A DNA stretch of 64,000 bases from Phoronis australis (Eukaryota > Animalia > Phoronida). Position numbers and translations under genes: made by a program. Shown in pieces: positions 38,601-48,976 of the stretch (position 1 is its first letter; each line of letters begins with the position of its first letter). The notes under the pieces are model-generated. The model worked only from the letters and a program-made list of their open reading frames with translations. It searched no databases and was not told the origin of the DNA. The stretch spans positions 186,001-250,000 of the forward strand of contig NMRA01000448.1 of the NCBI GenBank assembly GCA_002633005.1. Direction: 5' to 3'.

Positions 38601-41600
38601 CAATACGCCCAAAAATTTAATGGTGCCTCCGCATTGTGATCACAAATCACTGTGTCAACCTTAATTGAAACCCTTCACTCAGTTCCCTACATATCATCCG
38701 GAAACACTTTCAGATACAATGGCCACTAGGAGGCACTACCCTAGTCGAATCCGGCCAAAAATCAAATAGTGTCAATGCAATCTCATCAATACCTCCAGGT
38801 CAAGTTTCAATGAAATCTACCAATGGGCACTCTAGATACCATCCGCAAATGCTCTTCTGCCAAGCAACACATGAGAATCCCTTGTCAAAACAAACTGGCC
38901 AGGTGGGTGTTACAGTAGTTCAATCTGCCAGAAAATTTAATGGTGCCGGTACATTGACGTCACACACCTTTCGTTTCAATTTTACTAAAATTTGTCAATC
39001 CATTTTCTAGATATCATCCAGAAACGCTTTCATACAAAATTGCCACTAGGAGGCATTGCAGTGGTTGAATCCAGCCGAAAATCAAGTGGTGTCGCCGTAA
39101 TCTCATAATATACATGTGTCAAGTTTGAATATAACCAGCCAATCGGCTCTCTCAGTATCATCCGGAAACGCTCTTCTCCCCAAATCAACACATGAAAATC
39201 TCCTGCTTAAGAACAAAATGGCCACTGCGAGGTGCTAAAGTGGTCGAATCCATCCGAAAAATTTAATCGAATCGCACACCTTTTGTCAAGTTTCACTGAA
39301 ATCCATCAATCCGTTCTCTAGATATCACCCGGTAACGCTCTTCCCACAAAACTGCAGAAAAAGCCATGCCCCCTAAAACCAGATGACGTGGTAGATTGAA
39401 AATGGCATGAAACGCTCTTGTGATGCCCTATACCCTTGTGTCAAATTTCCGACCAGGGGATTTTGAAATATCGAGCGGACATCCGGACAAAGTGACAATA
39501 TGCGACCACTTATTATGTGGGCGCATAAAAACTACTGTACGAATAACATAATTACTTTGGTTTAAGACAGATCTCAACCTTTGTGAAATTTCAATAAAAA
39601 TTTCAAGTCAGATATTGTAGAGTTATGATAGTTAAATTTTTCATTGTCACACATAGCGTTACCTTAAACTAATTATTTACGTGCCAATATGCATGTCACT
39701 ATGACGACTTTAACTTATTGCCATGACAAGGCACATTCAGGCATTTTGATTTTTGATATTTTTAACAATTCTGAGAACATTGATTTCTTTTAATGTGTGT
39801 GGGTTGTTTCACATGGAACATTATGCACTTTATTTAATGGTATCTGGCCAAGGGAATAGTGTCTCAGAGTATTGATTTTCATTCGAAAAACAGAATTATT
39901 GGCCGCCAAAAATAAAACCCGGGATCTCTATTCAAAGAGGGCCTATGATGGCTGATATCTCAGCTTTAGAATAAAACAAACATGTGTGACATGGTTCCCT
40001 GCATATTGAAAATGTACAGATTAACTGTTACTTGATAAACTGAGAAGGGCTTCACAAAGGTTGTCAATTACCTTAACTACAATGCAACATTTGTTGTAAT
40101 TAACACTGTGTTCACAGAAAATTCGGTACTCTTAAGGGTGCATGCCCACACTGGTTAAATGTCCATCCAAAAATTAGAAATTTCCCATTGTTTAGACACA
40201 TTCAGTTGAAAAATCACCCCTTGACTTGTTACTTTTGTTATTCTAACTCCCTGTGAGAGGTTTACTAGTGTTCAGCCAACCTAAATCAGCAAATAAAGAT
40301 TTGAAACAGAATTGAATTAGTCTTTCCTTGCAGCTTATTTAGAAGAGCTGTTAGAATGTAAGAGTGAATGAGGCAAGGGTGCAAACAACACGAGTTGGGC
40401 TCCAGCAGCGACTAGACAGGGACTTCTCACACAAGACAGCCAATGTAAGGTAATAGAACAGCAACCAAGGCTGTACACTCTCCTCTGATGGAATTTAACC
40501 AGGAGACAGACGCATAACTAAAATATGAACTGTGAAATGAGCAAAGGACCATCTGCAATTAAGAGAAGTGAAGTGTTTATTAGGGATCAGATGTCAGTGG
40601 GCTTGTGCTAAGCAAGGAACAAAATGTCATCATAATGAGGTCATTGAACTCTTGCCATCTCACATGTGACAGCGTGAGGTAAGAAATTACAAGGTGTATG
40701 ACCAAATGACTGAGCGCAGTATTAACTTAGATGGTTCCTCACACATTCTTGTACCACATAAAGGAGGTGGAAATGTTTCCATACGTCGCTACTGACTAAA
40801 ACTCAACAGACACCAAGTCCACAGTACGAATGCCAGATACATGCCCCTAACTTCACAAACGTATAGCTAATATACTCAAAACCAAACTCAGAGGAACAAA
40901 ACTCGTCAGTCAGACTTGAATTTGGTCCCCATGCAAAAACGGAGCATTTTCAGTATGTGTGGAGTGTAGAGGACACATTGTAATGTGGGTGTGTTGTTGT
41001 AATAGACTGGCATTGGCATTTAGGATGATCAGAACTGGAGTTTATGAGTATAAACCAAACACAGGCACACCAATCAACTACTATGTTGATTCAAAAAAGG
41101 TTTTTCACAGTCTCGGTGAAGGCATGGAATAAATAAAACCAACTTATTCAGAGACTGAAGATTTAAGAGTTCGAACGTTTCGGACTGTACTCTACAGCGA
41201 GGGGACGTCCTGGTTTCCCGCCGTTCTGTTATCCGAGAGTAGTATGACGTCATAGGTTGGTGGAAGCTGCAATCCTTGATCACGATTCATTGTGGGCTTC
41301 TTGGTCTTGATATATGAGGATTCTTTAATCCTTCTTGATAGCCTGAGTTCTCCTCTCTAGCCAGGATCTTGGCATGTTTGCCATATACAGTATGGTCAGA
41401 GATTCTCCCCAGCCTTATGATTACGGTATGTAGATGACACGTTCGTCCTGATACAAGAGTACAACGTCAACGCATTCACCTCTCACATCAATGACATCGA
41501 TAACAACATCAAATTCACTGTGGAACCTGAGGTAGATGGCAAACTCCCGTTATTGGACTTGTGTGTTCACATCAACGACGACGGCTCCACGAGAACCACC

Positions 41601-44600
41601 ATATACCGGAAACCGACACGCACTGACCAGTATTTAAACTTCACCTCCAACCACCCGATCCAACACAAACAGTCAGTCGTTCGCACTCTTCTCAATAGGG
41701 CCACAAACTATGTCACAAGACCTGAGGATTGCCAGACTGAGATTAAACACGTCAGGTCAGCAATCAAAGCCAACCAGTACCAGGAGTGAGCACACAATCT
41801 CCCCAGCGTCAACCTAGGGAAGACTCCCCTGGTGACCAAAAAGAGAAAAAATTACATTCAGTCTCTATTCCCTACATCAAGGGGCTCTCAGAACATCTAC
41901 GTCGAGTGTACAAGTCTTACGATAAAAAGCTCATTACACCCTGCGAAAACCAGCTAGTCCACCCCAAAGACCCCACCCCCTTGATCGCCAATTTCGTGTC
42001 ATATATCGACTGTCACATACTGAAGATCCGTTTCATACCTACATCAGTGAGACTAAGTGATCCCTGGGCACCAGAATCAAAGAACACAACAAACTGGACA
42101 AGCCCACAAGCGTGGGAGAACATCTGGGATTATCTCCGGCCATACTGTATGTGGCAACATGCCAAGATCCTGGTTATAGTAGAGAACTGGTTCTCAAGAA
42201 AGATTAAAGAATCCACAAATATCAAGACCAACAAGCCTACAATGAATCGAGATCAAGGTTTGCAGCTTCCGCCTATCTATGACGTTATACTACTCCCGGA
42301 TAACAGAACGCGAGAAACCAGGACGTCCCCTCACTGTAGAGTACAGTCCGAAACGTTCGAACTCAGAAATCTTCAGTCTCTGAGTAAGTTGATTTTACTT
42401 ATTCCAAACTACTATACTGTGCCCACAATTTTCAGCTGCCATACAGACATCACATGGCTTTCATGGCTTCGTTGAGGTTATCAGGCCTTGCTGGGTGATT
42501 TGATTGCACAACCAACCATCACAAACCCTGTTGGTGAGTGGGGGACAATATTAGATCTAAAATGCATGCCATACATAAATTTAAAGCCACCAGACTAATG
42601 GCCTTTGATGAATAGTTTTCCAGAGAAGCTGCATTTATCGGATATGGGGGGGGTAAAACAAGTATAGAAAATACACAATTTGACCCATTTACATGACATC
42701 CATACAGGGGGTCACATGAATGGTTCAAAACCACAGCAACAAAGAACATTAATATGCACACACCATGTGCATTGCCAATAGTACATAGAAATAAGGAGTG
42801 CTCCTTTTCTGGAATATTTCTGAGGTAATCCGGATCCTTTTGAAAATCAACATCACTTGTGCAGTGCTGTTGTGGTAAAATTAGAGGTAAGTAGGCGCCC
42901 AAAGCCCACCATATCGCCTTGAGCACTGAATGTAACTTACGGTGCGTAGGCGCTACGTTCAAATGCCTAGAGGTGGTTGGCTGCGCCCACGCGTCCCTAC
43001 GCCCTACTACAGCACTGCATTTGTGCTCCGCTCAATAGGATCACATATGCCAAAGTTCACAAAGTTTCCATCAGGAGGTAGGTACTGGGACAGACATGAA
43101 CAAAACCCAAATTCCCACAATGGTCCACCACAGCAGTCGGATTAGTCAGAAAAGCAACACGATTTGCCGAACGCCATGAAATTCCATCAGCCGCCAAAAT
43201 CCGGACATTGAAATCTTAATCAATCTGTCAAATTCATCAAAAAAATGTGGACTAAGTTTGGTAGATGTATTAGGGGGACACAGTGGTAGTTGAATCGGTA
43301 TGAAAATTATAGTCATACGCCACCAGCTTCATGGGAAAACATATCTGCCAAATTTCATGTTGTAAACACTTCATAAGAATGCAGGTCAAATCTGAAAGAA
43401 ACAAAAGGGCTAGTACTTTTATCCACTTTAAACTTCCAGCTGTATGATAATTTTCAAAGGGCTCTAGCGACCGCAGCCAGATGCTGATTACCTCACTCAC
43501 TTTTTGTAGAAGTTGTATAACTGATTTTCACATTAAATATCACAATATACAGTATATGAAAACTAAGCATAACTGGAATACAAATTTTAAAGATTTGTTC
43601 CGTGATGTGTTTAGACATTCACCAATGTGATGCATGCTGGGACAGATACAAGTTGTGAATGATATCATTCAACAATGTCTTCATTTCTATTACTACAAAA
43701 ACACAGCTTTGAGTACGAACACACCTCTTTTCACCGACTGAACTTGACGTTGTTGTTATGATTGAATGGTGCTACTTTAAAAACTATTTTGTCATGCCAA
43801 AGGATAGGAGTACTGAAGTAAAATGATAAGCACAACTTGTCTAAACATTATCATTTGGTGGTAGGCAGATTAAACATTTCTAATCACAGCAAGTTTTGAA
43901 CTTTGTATTCCTGCATGATATATGGAAATCATCAGGTTGTCATTTACAACCAGACCTGAATCTCAGGTTGCATTTGTGGAATTCCAGCTAATGAAACATT
44001 GCAGAAAAAAATCAGCACGAAGTTGAGTGTTTTTTTTTCATTTGTTTTTCATCCCAATTCATTTGGTGACTTTTGCTCGTGTAGGGTATTTTTAAAAATC
44101 ATGGGATTAACACCAGCTGCCAGATGGATGAAAGCTGCTCTGGTTAGAGTTCTGGCCCTTATATGGCATGTTAACTTCATGCCATGTAGGTCCTTCAAAG
44201 GGTTTAGGAGCCAGACACCCGGATGCCCTGAGATAGTGGACAGCAATATGCACTTATGCATTATTAAACGTGGGCGTGTAAAAGCATAAGAGAAATCGCA
44301 ATTATTTATGTACTGTATCTCACTATTGTTCACTGTTGCCCTATTTACTGGGATTTTACACCCGTAGTTTGTCCTTCAACACTGTAGTAAAGTGACCTGT
44401 AAAGGGACACCAAGAAATTTGACAAGCTGTGTGGGCGCATTTTATCATTTTTAGTTGCTTCAGCTCAAGTAAATTAGATCAATCATACACAGTGCTTTTT
44501 TCTATCTCCGCAAAAGAGAGAGTTGTACTTGTGGCTTGGTTATTGATTAGAAGAAACTAATTCAAATCAAAGATGTATACGGTGACACCTCTGCACACAC

Positions 44601-47085
44601 TAATTTGTCGTCAGAATCGGGTGCCAGAGTCATTAGAAGTACTCAGTGACTATTATCACCGCCGAGTGAGAAGAGTGGATTTACAACGCTATCAATAGCT
44701 CATGAAAGACCAGTTCATTCATGCTATCTTAGCCAACAGTGGCAAATCCCAGGTGGGAAAAGTTATATCATAACTGCCACAATAGTTTTATATTGGAAGA
44801 AATGAGAAACGGCAATGCCCCTGAGAAACTCGTTAATCCATAATTAATAACGATTAGAAATGTCCATCAGAATAAGAATAAGTGTAAAAACTGCCTGCAC
44901 GCATCAAAACTGTTGCCCCATGACGGATGTACAGTAAACTCTTCAATTTGGGACAACAACAATTGCTAAAATTGTCACTTCTGACGGCTCTGTAAAATTT
45001 GTCTTTCGTGACTTGAATTGCACTGTTTGTCATTTTTGTAGTATTGACTGTGCAGTGTAATGTAAATATAGGTTTCTAGATTATCCCACACATGAACACA
45101 ACTTTTTCTACAATCTGACACTGCTTCAGCGAAGAAAAGCTGGCGAAGCTCTCATAGTGTTGAGTTTGTTTTCTGGTCAGGTAGAATTAGAGGAAGCAGT
45201 CCAACACGTTTCTTGAAGAAGTGAAATATCCACCATTGGATCCAGCCACAGGTAGACATCTTGATGGCGATTGGGACAGTAAACAATGTGGCCGAGCGGA
45301 TACGTGACTTGAAGAAGCAAAAAAGATTAACAGATCCACTACTCTCATTTTTTGAGCCAAAACTCCAGGGGTCCTTGGAGAATAGCTCAAGGTCGTTTGA
45401 AGGTCAAGTTACCAGTAAACAGCACAAACTAACAGTAGCCTCACATTCGCCACAATGAATCAACCGCAATGTGAAACACGTTCTGTTGTGTAGTAGGCAT
45501 CCATGGGCTTGTTTGGAACTAGTCAGTGGCACCAACTGAGCAGAAAGAAACGTCCACAAGAAACGCGAACCACAGTATGTGCCGCAAGTCAAAACGGCCT
45601 CACAATAATAGGTATTGTTTAAACACATATTAACGAACACGACAAGAGACAGAACAAGAGGAAAGCAAACAATCAAGAGACAAAGTTAACAACAGGCGAG
45701 TTATGACTAATAAATACTGAAACATTCTGAAAGACAATCACCATTAATACCATTAAGCAAAATATAACGCTATAGCAAATTACAGTGCAATACAAAAGTA
45801 ATCAGACAAAATACCATTTCACCGGCATGACGGCTAATTCTATTAACAGCAAAAATCACTGGTAATAATTAATATGGCAACAAATTCTAAAGAATGGCCA
45901 AGTAATCTTACAAACTGTCCAGTTAATTTCCCTTCATTCTCAGTCACAAGGGAAGGTTACCATAACGATGAATTCAACTTCCGTCATATCGCTTGAATAG
46001 TTTTGATACGCACTGTTACAAAAGTCCAACAAAGAATCAACAAAGTATTGTAAGGATGCAAACCAAAATCAAATAAATTATGTGACTTTACAACAAAACT
46101 ACAGGTAAAAAAAACACAAAAACACAACAAAGGAATACGTAAAATGAATAGTGAACAAACATGCAAGGGCTGAGGGGGACAGAGATTTAGCTGTACTTCA
46201 ACCACCAGACAGGGTTAGGATCAACACAGCACAGATGATTGAGATTGCTAGGTTTCTTCTTTGCACTGCTTGGGCACAGCAACTAGACAGAGACATTCAT
46301 GGAGACATGAACACTAGGACTGGGTGTTACGGAGGGAGGAGACATGAACACTAGGCTGCTTTAGGCATTGAACGACAGCGAGTTTGATCCGGAAATTGGG
46401 AATCCACAACACCGCATCGGCAGACAGAAGACACAATACCTTAGTCGGACCCAGGCCTGAAACAGAAAATGGCCGTTGGCCGAGCGAGCTCTGAGGATGA
46501 GCAGGTGTGACGACGACGGTCAGTTTACCTGTTGGGCCTTGTGCTTCTCAGCACGCTGGCTCTGTGTGTAGATCCGGCTAAAGTTGGAGACAATAACGGG
46601 CACAGGAAGCGCGATGACGAGAACGCCAGAGAGTGAGCAGAGACCGCCCACAATACGACCGTGGTACGTGGCCGGAACCATGTCTCCGTAACTGCAAGCA
46701 GAAATCAACGGACAAACGCGGTTTAGCCGGTGGTCATGATAAACAAGGGGTTTCAGGTTAGTGGGAACGGAGATATGGGAGGTCCATGGGAGCGCGTTTG
46801 TCACAGGCAACCAGCTTCGCAGTAGAATGATAACGGAGGTGCATGCCTGAAAAGTTAAAGAACCAAAGAGTGGCAAGTCTGACGTGAACTGCACAACTCG
46901 CACACACACGGGTGATGGTTACCTGTTGCGCCTTGCGTTTATCTTGGCGCTGGCTCTGTGTGTAGATCCGGCTAAAGTTGGAGACAATAACGGGCACAGG
47001 AAGCGCGATGACGAGAACCCCACAGAGCGAGCACATGCTGCCAACTAACTTGCCAAAGATCAACTCGGGTACCATGTCACCGTAG
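26369..47085 (-). CDS. Shal: Kv4/Shal (KCND) voltage-gated potassium channel gene, 5'-partial. Exons in transcription order: [46923-47085 OR 46529-46691], 33859-34044, 27250-27378, 26369-26629
   Basis: (G)YGDMVP...[24 protein letters not shown] pore/S6; [18 protein letters not shown] and [16 protein letters not shown] (Kv4-specific HHHLLxCLEKTT motif); C-terminal VVRISTL resembling the vertebrate Kv4 IVRVSAL PDZ ligand. Splice phases are consistent. The T1-S5 exon was not found in the window. Confidence 0.93.
27250..27378 (-). CDS. Shal: Kv4 exon ([43 protein letters not shown])
   Basis: ttgcag| ... |gttagt; 129 nt; EF-x-D after KTT and CCxRR motif as in Kv4 C-termini. Confidence 0.85.
29791..30372. 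mobile_element. Probable MITE with imperfect TIRs (aagtgccgtttacac.../...gtctaaacaggactt)
   Basis: Terminal inverted similarity plus subterminal ttgacacg / cgtgtcaa. Confidence 0.4.
31661..33453 (+). mobile_element. Penelope-like element remnant: GIY-YIG fragment with inverted pLTR, left arm split by a Hero insertion
   Basis: 32877-33173 encodes [27 protein letters not shown]...LKVLESLLI...LNEQ (GIY-YIG). 31661-31777 plus 32655-32817 is the reverse complement of 33191-33453. Confidence 0.75.
31780..32652 (-). mobile_element. 5'-truncated Hero-type non-LTR retrotransposon (restriction-like endonuclease domain)
   Basis: [18 protein letters not shown]...[27 protein letters not shown]...IIEITVSW...AQERKLSKY...[10 protein letters not shown]...AERTSCWLW; RHD/PD/E/K motifs of an RLE; disrupted by stops and a 19-nt x4 tandem at 32313-32388. 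Confidence 0.8.
33859..34044 (-). CDS. Shal: Kv4 exon ([11 protein letters not shown]...[16 protein letters not shown])
   Basis: ctgcag| acceptor and |gtaaga donor; 186 nt, phase 0-0. Confidence 0.93.
34273..35400. mobile_element. Tc1/mariner-type MITE with TA TSD
   Basis: TA|ccgtaaactcgcgggttaacgccc ... gggtgttaacccgcgagtttaccc|TA; subterminal gggcg(a/c)tta repeats. Confidence 0.75.
37041..39530 (+). mobile_element. HINE/pearl-like non-autonomous element with a long internal array of diverged subrepeats
   Basis: Starts acaagagcaacgc; recurrent aaaatggccactaggagg, gtcaagtttca, aaacgctcttctcc and aaatttaatggtgcc; ends cggacatccggaca...ccac-ttattat-gtgg-gcgcataaaaa. Confidence 0.6.
41126..42406 (+). 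mobile_element. Penelope-like retroelement: RT C-terminal half plus decayed GIY-YIG, with inverted pLTR
   Basis: [11 protein letters not shown]...[25 protein letters not shown]...[30 protein letters not shown]. About 41126-41410 is the reverse complement of about 42115-42406. Confidence 0.85.
46529..46691 (-). CDS. Shal: Kv4 pore/S6 exon, copy B ([54 protein letters not shown])
   Basis: - strand acceptor tctgcttgcag|t and donor cag|gtaaac; 163 nt, phase 2 to 0; open. Confidence 0.9.
46923..47085 (-). CDS. Shal: Kv4 pore/S6 exon, copy A ([54 protein letters not shown])
   Basis: - strand acceptor catttccag|c and donor cag|gtaacc; 163 nt, phase 2 to 0; open. Confidence 0.9.
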
Positions 47086-48313
47086 CTGGAAATGAGAGTC
47101 GAGATCATCAAGGGCACTGTAACATGTGTCTTTGGCATTGAAGGTCCATACGCAAAGTAACAATTACGAAAACACTCCAATTTTCACGTTCTCTTTGATT
47201 GGACGTTATGAATATAATCATTGAGTTAAGTTGGTTGAAAAGAATATTGCTATGTTGCCAGATGAAAAGTGAAAGTATGCACTTGAATGCAAATAAGTGT
47301 CACAAGGCCACGCAAGATCTGCACATTAACAGGACTATAAAAATGGCACACTGACAGATGAACACTTCTCAAAACAGTGTTAGCATCTAGAACTTGGCAT
47401 ATGGACCTTTAAATATACTTACACTCAGGAACTTGGAAACCTCGTAAGAACAATTATCAGATTTCTGCGACATAAAAATTACCAAGAATTGATAACAAAA
47501 GGAAAACACAAACATCTGAACTTAACCATAAACAAACACGTGAACATGGAATTTCACCTGTAAACTAATACACTCATACACAGGCAATGATGTTGTAATT
47601 AAGACAAGCGAGTGTAAAACTGGTAGGACTAACTAACTATCCAGAGGTAAAGATGCGTGTCACAGCACTGCAACAAAAGGACAGACAGGCAAACAAACGA
47701 GACAGATGCGCCGCTGGCGGCGAACAGTTCTACAAGGAAAAAGTCAAACGGAATTAGTAAATGAGTTATCACGGCACCCTATAAAATCCGTGCAACTTGC
47801 TGTTCATAAAACAGTGGAACATATCTAATAGGAGCCCGTTTTATGAAAGGTCGTAGTCCGGTCTATTTTAAGCTAAGATGGTAGTAACTTAGATTTCATT
47901 TGCATAAAGCAGGTTTGTAAGTATGGATCCTAAAGGCACACATTACTCTGAGTATCAACACCCGGGCATACGACACTTGATAAAATGAGCCCCAGGTGCC
48001 TACGACCATGAATATCCAACAAACAGACAATTTCAAGTTAAAAAACACAACAGGTCTTCTATTCATACTAATCCAGGCAAGTAATAGAACTCAAAACATC
48101 ATTGCACATTCGGTGAGAAAATTAACTCAAATTCCCAGAATAATTACTTACAGGGGTCCCAGATTTTAAGAACCAGTTTGTTGTCGTAATTCATTAGAGT
48201 AAACTGGTTCTCAAAATCATGAACCCTTTCAGTGACTATTACCAGATTTCCAGACAAACTGATCAGCCAACTGTTTGGTTGTGAACAAAAACAATAGGTA
48301 AAGAGTAGTCTAT

Positions 48314-48344
<31 letters not shown>

Positions 48345-48976
48345 GTAAGGAAGATCCTGGTGCATCCCATTGTGTCGACACATGCTAGCTGGCGTGACCA
48401 ATTTAGTGAATTTACATGGTAATACCAGTACTCAAGGCTAATGACCAGAAAACAGTGCAAGTGGTCTGAAAGAATTCGGAAATAGACGGAAACAGATTTT
48501 TACATTTAAGTTTTGGAAACAGACTTCTACATTTAAGTTTTGGTAAGTTTTCATCAGTTTGTAAAACTTCAGTTGCCATGCAAATTCTTCAATTCACGCA
48601 CAACATGGTGGAAAGTGGAATTTTTACAGACATAAATATAAGTGAACTTTTACTTTAACTTCAGCATGGTACGTCCTACAAAGTTGTGTTTAAACAAAAC
48701 TGGCAACTATAAATTTTGAGCATTTGATACAAGGTATTTATCTTTGGCAAATAGGGAAAACACTGAATATCTACAGCCACTGTAACATAATACTAGTGAA
48801 TGGACTGATTATGGAGCCCTAGTTTTGGGAAAGGTATATTTTTCTACAAAACCAGGATTCCATGGAACAAAGCTAAGGAATCCAATATGCATCACTTCTG
48901 TTCTACCAATTCGCTCCAGTTTATATTCATCATACTGTAAATGCATTCATTCCAAGTAGCGGCCATCTTGACTTTA

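Noticed and set aside
42895-42925. - strand QGDMVG resembling a third pore exon
   Set aside because: No YG, no S6 and no acceptor; lies in repeat-like sequence
45181-45400. Possible pogo/Tigger transposase C-terminal relic (...[17 protein letters not shown])
   Set aside because: Similarity is too weak and no matching TIR pair was established
46520-47180. Two separate K+ channel paralogues or pseudogenes
   Set aside because: Each copy is a single exon with matching phases, and only one set of downstream exons exists, so exon duplication within one gene fits better
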